Below, piece after piece: positions 53,686 through 63,251 of a DNA stretch of 64,000 bases. Source of the stretch: an uncultured Chloroflexia bacterium (GTDB lineage Bacteria > Chloroflexota > Anaerolineae > CG2-30-64-16); contig CAWEMM010000006.1 in NCBI GenBank assembly GCA_963810095.1, forward strand, positions 1,824,001 through 1,888,000, given 5' to 3'. A program made the position numbers and the translations under genes. The notes under the pieces were generated by a model that ran no database searches, was not told the DNA's origin, and was given only the letters and a program-made list of their open reading frames with translations. Numbering within the stretch: the first letter of the stretch is position 1; the number at the start of each line of letters is the position of its first letter.

Positions 53686-53687
53686 GA

Positions 53688-54221
53688 TTAGAGGGCAAGC
53701 CGTCCTTGGCCGCTCTCCAGGCTGAGGAGGCGCAGCTTCAGATCGAGCCCGCCCGCATAGCCGTGCAGCGACCCGTCGGACCCGACGACCCGGTGGCAGG
53801 GGATGACAAGTGGGACGGGGTTCGCCCCGAGCGCTGCACCGACGGCCTGGTAGATGCCTGCGCCGCCCCCGCCAATTTGCTCTGCGATCCAGCGGTACGC
53901 CCGCGTTTCACCATAGCCGATGCGGGTGGCGGCCGACCAGACCGAGAGCGCAAACGAGGTGTTACCGCGCAGATCGACCGGCACCGTGAACTCGCGCAGT
54001 GCGCCAGTGAGATAGGCCGACACCTGGCGCGCGGCCTCGGCCAATTGCGGGTGATCGTTCGCCTGGGCCGAATTGGGGTAATACTTATACAGGTCGGCGA
54101 GCGTATTGGCCTCGGACGCACGCGGCAGGAATAGCCCGCGCAGCCCGCGCTCCGACGCGACCAGCCCAATCCAGCCCCAGCCTTCGACTTGAAAGACCTT
54201 GCTAACCAGTTCGTCGGCCAC
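53688..54221 (-). CDS. ogt: Methylated-DNA-protein-cysteine methyltransferase
   Basis: AVGAALGANPVPLVIPCHRVVGSDGSLHGYAGG. Confidence 0.92.
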   Translation of the reverse strand: MADELVSKVFQVEGWGWIGLVASERGLRGLFLPRASEANTLADLYKYYPNSAQANDHPQLAEAARQVSAYLTGALREFTVPVDLRGNTSFALSVWSAATRIGYGETRAYRWIAEQIGGGGAGIYQAVGAALGANPVPLVIPCHRVVGSDGSLHGYAGGLDLKLRLLSLESGQGRLAL

Positions 54222-54498
54222 GGGAGACCCCCATGATCACGAGCATTACGGCGGCAGCTGCCAGGGAGAGCGTCCAGGCCAGGCGCACCCACGCTTGTGC
54301 GCCGAACGCCGGCGACAGCAGCCCGAGCCCCAGCAGCACCAGCCCGACCGGCAGGATCAGATTGAAGGCGAGGATCAAGCCCACCTGGCCCGGCGGCAGC
54401 GGCGGCTTCTTGTTCATCCGAAAGGCGAGCCAGCCGACCATCGCCATCGGGAAGATCACGCCCGCCAGGAGCAGCAGCGCGCCGCCCAACTTCTCCAT
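54202..54498 (-). CDS. Small membrane protein (3 TM)
   Basis: Hydrophobic ORF starting MEKLGG, overlapping the GT2 stop. Confidence 0.6.
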   Translation of the reverse strand: MEKLGGALLLLAGVIFPMAMVGWLAFRMNKKPPLPPGQVGLILAFNLILPVGLVLLGLGLLSPAFGAQAWVRLAWTLSLAAAAVMLVIMGVSRGRRTG

Positions 54499-55190
54499 CA
54501 GTCGAAGCTTCCGCGCTTGCGCGCGCGATAGATGCGCCAGGTCATCTTGAAGAAGAGCGCGCTGTCCTTCACGGGCCGGAAGTGGCTCTTTTTCTCGTTG
54601 TAGATGGTCTTGATCGGCACCCACCCCACGGTTAGCCCGGCAAAGTCGGCGCGCAGCAGCATTTCCACCTCGGCCTCGAAGCGGCTGCTGGTGGGGCGGA
54701 CCTCCTGCATGGCTCGCCGGCTGAAGAGCCGGTAGCCGCTCTGGTTGTCGGGCACGGGCCGGCCCATGGCGAAGCGCAGGAAGAACGAGCCGATGCGGTT
54801 GCCGAAGCGACTCTTGGCCGGCATCTGGCTGTACTGGCGCTGGCCGATGATGATGTCGCCGTGCCCCGCTCGAAACGCTTCGATGAAGAGGGGGATCTCG
54901 TCCGGATCGTGCTGGCCGTCGGCGTCGAGCGTGATCGCGGCGTCCACGCCCCGTCCGATCGCATAATCGAAGCCGGTCAGGAGCGCCTTGCCCTTGCCCT
55001 GGTTGCGGCTATGTGCAACGACTTTCGCGCCGGCCAGCGCTGCAGCGCCGCCTGTGCCGTCCGTCGAGCCGTCGTCGACGACGACCACGGGTATGTGCCT
55101 GGCCGCGCACTTTACCACTTCGCCGATGAAGCGTGCTTCGTTGTATGCCGGGATGAGGGCGATGATCTCGCCGGTGCCGCTGCTGGTCAT
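54498..55190 (-). CDS. GT2 glycosyltransferase (DPM1-like)
   Basis: IPAYNE, VDDGSTD, NQGKG, DADGQHDP, DNQSGYR. Confidence 0.92.
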   Translation of the reverse strand: MTSSGTGEIIALIPAYNEARFIGEVVKCAARHIPVVVVDDGSTDGTGGAAALAGAKVVAHSRNQGKGKALLTGFDYAIGRGVDAAITLDADGQHDPDEIPLFIEAFRAGHGDIIIGQRQYSQMPAKSRFGNRIGSFFLRFAMGRPVPDNQSGYRLFSRRAMQEVRPTSSRFEAEVEMLLRADFAGLTVGWVPIKTIYNEKKSHFRPVKDSALFFKMTWRIYRARKRGSFD

Positions 55191-55336
55191 GAGCCTTCCT
55201 CGTCGAGAATCGGGAACCGATGGGGGCGCCCCTTGTGGGGCTTCTCAGTTTACCCCGCGACGGGGGAATGCGTCAAAGCGCGGAGTCAGGACTCGTCTCG
55301 AGCTGGGCCCGAGAATTGCGGAGCACCGCGGGGCAT

Positions 55337-55375
55337 AAACGCCTCACAGACGCCCTATTAAGCGATTCGCGGACG
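55337..55375 (+). promoter_or_regulatory. Phased direct-repeat operator candidate (SARP/winged-helix type)
   Basis: AAACG (55337), AGACG (55348), AAGCG (55360), GGACG (55371): spacing 11/12/11, the same as at 62338. Confidence 0.5.
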
Positions 55376-55475
55376 GCGGCTCCGCTATTCTGTGCCTGGG
55401 TCAAAGGAACGAACATGTGAAGCTACTCAGCACAGGGACAGTCGCACGATAAGGACTGTCAGAAAGGGACCTTCC

Positions 55476-56105
55476 ATGAATCCGGAGATGAGTACATCCT
55501 GCGTGGAAGATGTTCAACTGAGGTCTGAACCGCGCCCGCGACCCGTCGACGAAGCAGTGCCCCAACCAGATCCACGGCTCGCGCCAGTGCAAGCGATGGT
55601 GGGAGTCTCAGACCCTCGTGTCGGGCCGGTTGCGGCTCTGCTGAAGGTCATCCTGGTGCTGCTCGTCCTGGATTTCGGTGCAACGATCTATCTGATTCTT
55701 GCCCCGCGAGAAGCCACGCCCGTCGCCTCGGTCGCCGCTCAGGAACCTCTGCCGGAGGGATTGGCATCCGTGCAAGGCCGAACGGAGCTGTACGACAGGC
55801 TTGTGATCGCTCTAAATGCGCATGATGCGGAGGGGCTCTGGGCAATGATCGATCCATCGATCCGGCCCCAGTTGGAGGCGAAATGGGAACAGGCGTTGCC
55901 CACCATCTTTAGCCTGACGGGCCAGATTAAAGACGGAGCATACAGTCACTACGAGTATGGCGGGGAATCAATGGGGAAGCAAGTCTACCTCCTCTATTAC
56001 TCGCTGCTGACCGACCGCGGTCCGGCGATGCTCTGCGTCACCGTAGCGAAGGCCGCCGATGCGCCTTATGCCCTGTGGGGCCTCAACGTGCAGATGGGCG
56101 ACTGA
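55476..56105 (+). CDS. Single-TM hypothetical protein
   Basis: TM VILVLLVLDFGATIYLIL followed by an NTF2/DUF3887-like segment (LNAHDAEGLWAM). Confidence 0.6.
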   Translation: MNPEMSTSCVEDVQLRSEPRPRPVDEAVPQPDPRLAPVQAMVGVSDPRVGPVAALLKVILVLLVLDFGATIYLILAPREATPVASVAAQEPLPEGLASVQGRTELYDRLVIALNAHDAEGLWAMIDPSIRPQLEAKWEQALPTIFSLTGQIKDGAYSHYEYGGESMGKQVYLLYYSLLTDRGPAMLCVTVAKAADAPYALWGLNVQMGD

Positions 56106-56133
56106 TGACAGGGCCTTTGAAAAGGAGCTCACC

Positions 56134-56998
56134 ATGAAAACCCAATCGCTGTTTGCTCTGGTTATCGTCCTGGTCTGCCTGGCGGCGTGCGGGCCGTCCC
56201 CCGCCGAGGTCACAAAGGCAGCCACCCAGTCGGCTGCGGATGCGGCAGCGACCCGGACTGCCCGGGCGCCTACCGCTACGCCCACGTTCACACCGACCAT
56301 GACGCTAACCGACGCGCCGACCGCCACGCCAACGCGGACGCCGACCAACACCCCTACCCGCACGCCGACCAACACCCCTACACGCACACCGACCATGACG
56401 CCGACGAACACCCCACACCCGCACGCCCACAGCGACGGTGACGCCGACCAACCCGCCCAAGCCAGCGACGCCTCCAAAGGCGGGGTCCGGGCTCAAGAAG
56501 GCGACCGCGGTCCCAGGAGTGGCCGCGTATGCGCCGACAATGAGTGACCTCCCGGCGGGTTTCGCGGCTTTGTCAGCCGCGCAGCTGCGCAAAATGGAGG
56601 AGGATCTGCCTGCCGGATCACGCGCGTTCGGCTTCACCCATGAGGCCAGCGGCGGGGTCGTCTTCGGCATGCTCATGCCGTACGAGACGAAGGCCGACCA
56701 GGCAGTCTTCGACACCGCCCTGCCCTACATGGTGCAAGTCGTCGCGGCTTCACTCGGCGCCCAGGGCGAGCCACAGAGCCTCGAAGGCATGGAAGATATC
56801 GGTGAGAGCCGTGTGGCCTCGACCTCAGTCAGCACGATGGGCGCGATTTCCTTGCGTTGGGACGTGGTTGGATTCCGCCGCGGGACCGTGGGGGCGCTGA
56901 TCTTCGTGATGTACGAGGACGGCGAGCAGCCAGCCGCAGCGGTCGGAGACCTGGCTCGCGAGCTCGACGCGCGCATCAGGAAGGGCCAGGGACGCTGA
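56134..56998 (+). CDS. Lipoprotein with Thr/Pro repeat stalk, frameshifted near 56420
   Basis: MKTQSLFALVIVLVCLAAC lipobox, (TPTRTPTN)n repeats; globular domain in ORF 56438..56998. Confidence 0.75.
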
Positions 56999-57066
56999 TG
57001 TTGCAAGCTTGCCGCTTCCGCCTGTCTACAGGCGGAAGCGGCGCCGGGATTGAAAGGCATCGAACC

Positions 57067-57312
57067 ATGGACACCGAACAAGAACGGCAGCATCCGCAGG
57101 CACACCTGTTTACGCTGCGCGTCTGGGAAGAGGCTCTGGGCGAGGGCCAAGCCGAGTGGCGCGGCCGCGTACAGGAGATCGTGACGGGCGAAACCGGTTT
57201 CTTCCGCGACTGGCAGGGACTGGTCGCGACCGTGCAACGTCTCGTGAGCAGGCCGGCTGCCGCCCGTGAGGACGGGTTGGGCACTGCTCACGCAGAGGGA
57301 GAGGATTCGTGA
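57067..57312 (+). CDS. Small hypothetical protein
   Basis: HLFTLRVWEE...EWRGRVQEIVTGETGFFRDWQGL, 81 aa. Confidence 0.65.
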   Translation: MDTEQERQHPQAHLFTLRVWEEALGEGQAEWRGRVQEIVTGETGFFRDWQGLVATVQRLVSRPAAAREDGLGTAHAEGEDS

Positions 57313-57332
57313 GAAATCCATGGCAAAACCTG

Positions 57333-57361
57333 TTGCTTAGCGACTCGGGACATGGTAAAAT
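57333..57361 (+). promoter_or_regulatory. Sigma70 promoter with extended -10 for the SARP gene
   Basis: TTGCTT-17 nt-TAAAAT with a TGn extension. Confidence 0.6.
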
Positions 57362-57432
57362 AGCACCGCGGTCCACGAAGTCGGCGACCGCGGCAGCTGT
57401 GTTCCTTGTCCTCTGCGTCAAAGGTGGTGACC

Positions 57433-59202
57433 ATGACCAGGCTGGACGTTCGGCTGCTAGGTGAGTTTGCCGTATTCAACGGCGGCGCTCCGCTCACATC
57501 CATCAACTCGCAACGCCTGCAGTGCCTTCTCGCCTATCTCCTGCTGCATCGCGACGCACCCGTCGCGCGGCAGCGACTCGCCTTCCTCTTCTGGCCCGAT
57601 TCCACAGAGGCTCAGGCACGCTCCAACCTGCGCAACCTGCTCCATACCCTCGGTCAAGCCCTGCCGAACAACGGCGAGCATTTTATCGAGACGGACGGCC
57701 AGACGGTGCAGTGGACCACCGGCACGTCCTACACGCTCGACGTGGACACCTTGCTGTCATCGCTCGACAAGGCACAGACGGCCCAGGAGCTCCAGCATGC
57801 CCTGGACATCTATCGTGGTCCGCTCCTGCCCTCGTGCTACGACGATTGGATCGTGCCAGAGCGCGAGCGGCTCGAGCAGCAGGTTGCCGATACCGTACAA
57901 CGGTTTATCGACCGGTGCGAGAAGCAAGGGGCCTACCGCGAAGCGATAGGCTTTGCCCAGCAGATCGTACGCCGTGATCCCCTGCGGGAGGACCTGTACC
58001 GTCAGATCATGCGCCTGTACGCGCTCAGCGGCGACCGGGCCGGCATCGCGCGCACTTACAAGGAGTGCCGTGAAGTCCTGCAAGCGCGAGCTGGACGTGG
58101 AGCCCAGCCGGCAAACCGTGCAGACGTACGAACAATGTAAGCAGCTGGAGACCTTTGCCGATCCGCCGGCTGCTCCTGCTCTACCTGCAGCCGCGCCAGC
58201 TTCACCGGCCCTTGCCACTGCGGCCGTCCCGCCTGCCGCGCCTGTTCGGGCGGCGCCCTCGCTGGCGCATCGCTGGCGAAAGCCCAAATAGCTCCGAGCC
58301 AGTATTCGTCCCACCAGCCCGTCACTGATGAGGTCGTTCGGCGCGCCGTCCTTTCCGATGCGCTGCAGCATCCGGCCACCGAAATTCCTCTCGCGCTTAC
58401 CGGCATGTCCGGGCTTTTCCTCCTGTTTTATGTCCCGGCCCTGGCTGCTCTTCCCGCTGCCGTATCGGCTGCAGCATGGGCGCTCATGGCCGTGTCCGGG
58501 GTTGCCGCGGCCGGGTCGTTCATCTGGCAGTACGGGGTGAACTACGACAAGGCCTACGCAGAGAAGACGCGATTGCTCCAAGCGGAACAGCAAGGCGCCA
58601 GCCGGCACGACGAGCAAGCGGAATTCGACCGCCGCCGCGAAGCGCTCGATGCAGGGTTCAAGGAAACACGGGTGGCCGAGGGCCACTACACGCTGCGCGA
58701 CCTGAACTTCGAGTATGAACAACTGAAGGCGGTCATTGCCCGGCACAAGGAAACCGACCCTCTTGCTCTCTCCTACCTGCCGGCGCTGGTCGATGAGACG
58801 TACCGCCAGGGGCTGAGCGTGCTTGAGGACGCCCTCGAGCTGGCGCGTGCCACCTCCTCGCCCAAGGATCAGCGGCTCGGCGCCGAGATCAAGGAACTTG
58901 AAGACAAGGTGGCCGGGGTATCCGGGAAGCCAGACGACGTGGGACGTGTGCGGCTGTGGCAGGAAACCCTGGCTGCCCTCCGGCATCGCCAGGAATTGAT
59001 CGGCAAGGAGCGCCTCCGTCTGGACGAGCTGCTCCAGCATGCATCCAAGTGTGAGACAGCGCTGAACCAAACCCGTGTCGAGTTGGCTGCACTGAAGGCG
59101 GACAGCTGGACGGTGAGCGTGAATGCCGTGCTCGAGACGCTGCAGAAGACGATCGACCAGGCGAGAGCCGTGCAGGAAGAAATGCGCAAGCTGGGCTATT
59201 GA
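57433..59202 (+). CDS. SARP/AfsR wHTH-BTAD activator probably fused to a 2-TM XpaC-like coiled coil (two compensating frameshifts near 58085 and 58260)
   Basis: LLAYLLLH..PVARQRLAFLFWPD, YRGPLLP, DPLRE; ELDVEPS plus a Pro/Ala linker in the shifted frame. The original frame stays open from 58141 to 59202 with TM helices and a coiled coil. Confidence 0.65.
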
Positions 59203-59222
59203 GCTCGGCGCAAGGGGGAGAA

Positions 59223-60414
59223 ATGAGCACGCCGGCAAATACGTCGAGGACTGTGCCACTCGTTATCGAAGACGGCGCCAGCGTCGATATGGGCGAACCC
59301 GTCGCGCCCGGGACGCTGGGCCCCGAAGAGGCCAACTCACTGCAGGAGCAGGCGAGGGCCGTCGCCGCGGACCTCGAACAAGCCCGCGGCAGCAAAGAGC
59401 TGGGGCTGATCGATTCCGTGTCCAGCCTGGGCGCACAAGAGCAGCGCGAGGCTGGCACCGAGCTGGCATTGCTGCGCGGGCGGGTCGGCGACATGATGAC
59501 GCGCGAGGGGGCGGGGTCGGATATTGCCCGGGACCTGGTGGACCTGCGCGTGACCCTGCTGCAGATCGACCCCAACGAGTTGAGCAAGCCGGGGTTCATC
59601 CGCAAGGTCTTCGGCTTCCTGCCGTTCGTCGGCCGCACCACCCCGCCGATCAAGGTGCTCGAGCGCATCTCCGCCCGCTATGGCACGGCCGCATCGCAGG
59701 TCCAAGTCATCGAGACCCGGCTGAACGAAGGGCCGCAGGCTGCTGGCGCGCGACAACATCGAGCTGCGCAAGCTGTACGAGGGGGTCGAGTCGCAGCAGG
59801 CGCCGATCGAGAAGAAGATATACCTGGGCGAGCTGCTGTTGCGGGAGCTGACCGCGCTGCTCGAGCGCACCGTGGACCCAATCAAGCAGGAGCGCATCCG
59901 CAACGTGCTGCACGACGTAGCCATGCGGGTGCAGGACCTGCGAACCATGCAGGCCGTCTACTCCCAGTTCTACGTGGGCATCGAGATGACGCGCCAGAAC
60001 AACACACGGCTCGCCCAGTCGGTCGAGCGCACCGTGAGCATGGCCGGGAATGTCGTGGTGGTCGGGCTGGCTATCCAGGCGGCCCTGGCCCGGCAGAAGC
60101 GGGTGCTGGAGGCCACGCAGGCCACCCAGGAGTTCCTGGGCCAGATGTTGGCGGCCAACGCCGCCGCGATCAAGCAGCATACGGCCGAGATTGGGGACAT
60201 CTATAACAACCCGGTCATCGCGATCGACAAGATCGCGGAGGCCCAGCGCGACCTGCTCGAGGCCATGGCCATGGTCGACAAGTACAAGGACGAGGGCATC
60301 CAGGCCGCACGGCAGAACATCGCAACCCTCGCGTGGATGTCGGAGGAGATGCAAGGCAAGCTCGCCGTGCTGCAAGCGCGGTCCGAGGCGGCAGGTGCGA
60401 CTGCCGAAGCCTGA
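59223..60414 (+). CDS. Toxic anion resistance protein TelA/KlaA family, frameshifted near 59730
   Basis: DLVDLRVTL..IDP, LARDNIELRKLY, IEMTRQNNTRLAQSVERT, ALARQKRVLEAT, NNPVIAIDKI. Confidence 0.8.
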
Positions 60415-60480
60415 CCGGGCAACGTTACGCAACGGTGCGCCTTCGGGCGAAGATCGTTCCGAAGGGATAGGAGCAGTTCG

Positions 60481-62310
60481 ATGAGCGGACAGACCCATGC
60501 GTCGGCTGGCCTGACGCTGCAAACCAAGATTCTGCTCGCCTTGCTCGGTGCGTTTGCGCTGGTGGGGGTGGTGGTCCGGCTTGCGGTCGCACCGGGCGGC
60601 CCCACGTCCGCCGGCGTTCCCCCCCAGGCCGCGCCTGGCGGGCAGGCGGCTCTCAGCACCCTGCCGCCAACGGCGCTCCCATCACCCGCGTCTCCAGCCG
60701 GACCCGTAAAGATTTCAATCTTGACCACCAACACCAAGGCGCTGTGGCTCCGAGGCGTTACCGACGACTTCCATGCTACGGGTCCAACGACCGCTGCGGG
60801 GCGCCCCATCGAGGTTGAGGTCATCGAGGTAAGCGGGCCGGACGAATTCCAGCAGAGGCTGCTGGATGACGGGAAGAGCCAGCCAGTGCTCGTTAGCCCG
60901 GGGGATATGAGTTTCGTCGAGAAGGCGAATGAGATCCTAAAGGACCTGCACCGGACCCTGATCCCGACGAGTGACTGTCCGGCGGTTGCCCGGACTCCTA
61001 CGGGCTTCGCGATGTGGCGGCCGATGGCTGAAGCACTGGGCTGGCCAAACAAGCCGATTGGTTGGAGGGATATCGTTGAGCTGTCGGCCGCCCCGGAAGG
61101 CTGGGCGAAGTACGGGCATCCGGAGTGGGGGAAATTCACGTTCGGCCACTCTCAGCCCCCTTATTCGACCTCGGCATACAACGTCCTCGCTTCGCTCGCC
61201 TATGCAGCCGCCCGCAAGACAGAGGGGTTGACGCCGGAGGACGTGAGGAGCGACGCCGTGGTCGATGCGTTCCGTAAGGTGGAGCAGGAAACTTACCATT
61301 ACGGCCGCTCCACGAGCGGCCTGCTGAATCTGATGATCGACGGCGGGCAAAGCTATCTTCATGCGGCAACGACCAGCGAGACTGCGTTCGTGTACTCGAT
61401 GGAGCACAGCAGCGATAAACTCGCACCTCCCTGGTCTTGGGCGTTCATCTTTCCGGCCGAAGGTACCTTCTGGTCTGACAATCCCACGTGCATCTCCAAT
61501 GACGATTCGGTAACTGCCGAACAGCGAGAGGCCGCCAAGATTTATCGTGACTACCTGCTGGCGCCGGCCGCCCAAGACAAAGCCATCCAAATCGGCATCC
61601 GCCCTGCGGACCCCAAGACGCCGCTGCACTGCCCGATTTGCCTCCAAATGGGCACCGATCCCTCGGTTACGCCGGCGACGGTGCCGCCGCTGGCGGGCGT
61701 GAGCGGCGCGACGAACGAGGCGATCCTCGACGTCTTCAAGGCGACGAAGAAGAAGGCCACGGTCGCACTCCTGCTGGATACCTCGAGCAGCATGCAAGGC
61801 GTGGCTATCAAGAACGCGGTCGAAGGCGCCGCCGGCTTCATGGACAGGCTGCACCAAGACGACGAAATCGAGGCGTACATGTTCAGCGACGCCGTGACCC
61901 CTCTGCAGCCGTCAGGCCGGGCGGGCGACACCGTGGAAAAGCTGAAAGAAGTCGTCAAGATGCTTTACGCAGACGGGAGCACGGCGCTGTACGACGCAGT
62001 GTGCACCGGGGTGGAGCGGATCGACAAGCTGAGAGAGGATGATGAAGCCGCGGGCGAGTCCCGCCTGTACGCGGTCGTACTGCTGTCCGATGGCAGGAAT
62101 ACCGACAGCAAGCGGACAGAGAACGAAATGTTTGCCTGCCTGCCGAGCGGGGAGCATGTGGAGGAGGTCAAGGTGTACACGATCGCGTACGGCGACGATG
62201 CAGATAGGCAAATTCTTGATCGCATCGCCAAGCGCACGCATGGCAAGATGTTCGTCGGCACGCCCGACAACATCGGAGAGGTGTACAAGGATATCTCTGC
62301 CGAACAGTGA
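60481..62310 (+). CDS. Extracellular solute-binding (PBP-II) plus VWA domain protein
   Basis: N-terminal TM; MWRPMAEALGWP, FGHSQP, FPAEGTFWSDNP; MIDAS motifs LLDTSSSM, TALYDAV, LLSDG, TIAYG. Confidence 0.9.
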   Translation: MSGQTHASAGLTLQTKILLALLGAFALVGVVVRLAVAPGGPTSAGVPPQAAPGGQAALSTLPPTALPSPASPAGPVKISILTTNTKALWLRGVTDDFHATGPTTAAGRPIEVEVIEVSGPDEFQQRLLDDGKSQPVLVSPGDMSFVEKANEILKDLHRTLIPTSDCPAVARTPTGFAMWRPMAEALGWPNKPIGWRDIVELSAAPEGWAKYGHPEWGKFTFGHSQPPYSTSAYNVLASLAYAAARKTEGLTPEDVRSDAVVDAFRKVEQETYHYGRSTSGLLNLMIDGGQSYLHAATTSETAFVYSMEHSSDKLAPPWSWAFIFPAEGTFWSDNPTCISNDDSVTAEQREAAKIYRDYLLAPAAQDKAIQIGIRPADPKTPLHCPICLQMGTDPSVTPATVPPLAGVSGATNEAILDVFKATKKKATVALLLDTSSSMQGVAIKNAVEGAAGFMDRLHQDDEIEAYMFSDAVTPLQPSGRAGDTVEKLKEVVKMLYADGSTALYDAVCTGVERIDKLREDDEAAGESRLYAVVLLSDGRNTDSKRTENEMFACLPSGEHVEEVKVYTIAYGDDADRQILDRIAKRTHGKMFVGTPDNIGEVYKDISAEQ

Positions 62311-62337
62311 TCTATCCAGCGGCAATCGCACTTCCTC

Positions 62338-62386
62338 AAACGCCGCTTAAGCGTCCGGGCAAACGCTTCGTAAGCGCCGTTAATGG
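62338..62386 (+). promoter_or_regulatory. Phased direct-repeat operator candidate (SARP/winged-helix type)
   Basis: AAACG (62338), AAGCG (62349), AAACG (62361), AAGCG (62372), AATGG (62382). Confidence 0.55.
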
Positions 62387-62470
62387 TTATCTGGTCGCAG
62401 AAGAACGGGGTGGATCTGAAGCCCCCAGGCGAGGGCTGGCGGACTGAACCCCGCTCCGCAGGAGGCCAAG

Positions 62471-63181
62471 ATGGAGACTGCGACCCGGTACGAACGAGGG
62501 AGCCAGGTTTCGATCGACGAGCTGCGACGCAGCTTTGTGGTGCGCGTGTATGGCTGGATGACGCTGGGACTCATCATCTCCGCTGTCGCCAGCCTGTATA
62601 CCCTTGTCCAGCCCAACCTGCTGCGGGCGATTCTCGAAGACCAGCTGCTGTTCTGGGGCCTGCTAGTCGTCGAGATTGCGCTCGTGCTGGTGCTCAGCGC
62701 TCGGATCGGCAAGATGGGCGTGTGGACCGCCCGCATCGGTTTCCTGAGCTACGCCGCGTTAACCGGGATCACCCTGACGCCGGTATTCCTTGCCTACACG
62801 GCGGCCTCGGTCTTCCGGGTGTTCGTGATCTCCGCCGGACTGTTCGGCGTGACCTGTCTTTACGGCCACCTGACGCGCCGGAGCCTGGCTTCGGGGGGCA
62901 GCTACCTGTTCATGTTCCTCCTGGGCCTGATTCTGGCCTCGGCGGCAAACTTGATGCTAGGCGAGCGCATGGATCGACTGGCTCATCAGCCTGGTTGCGG
63001 TGGCCGTGTTCATGGGCCTGAGTGCCTTTGATGCGCAGGCGATCGGCAGCTGGGGGCGAGCCTTAACGAGCGTGGGGAACTGGTGCAGAAGGCAGCGATT
63101 CTCGGCGCACTGAACCTATACCTGGATTTCATCAACCTGTTTCTGCGCCTGCTGCAGTTGTTCGGCAGCTCGGACGACTGA
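62471..63181 (+). CDS. Bax inhibitor-1/YccA family membrane protein, frameshifted near 62975
   Basis: [25 protein letters not shown]; shifted C-terminus AFDAQ...[24 protein letters not shown]. Confidence 0.9.
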
Positions 63182-63251
63182 GTCGTCGAGCCGGGCTACG
63201 GCGGGGCGGGGGGCCAGATGACAGTGGGTCCGCCGTCCCGCCAGGGGAGGA

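Noticed and set aside
56274-56420. 24-nt tandem repeat as a non-coding array
   Set aside because: It encodes the TPTRTPTN stalk of a lipoprotein.
760-63181. About 20 frameshifted genes read as pseudogenes or programmed frameshifting
   Set aside because: Breaks are scattered over unrelated genes, including pdhA, with intact motifs on both sides, no accumulated stops and no shared slippery motif. Long-read indel errors explain this best.
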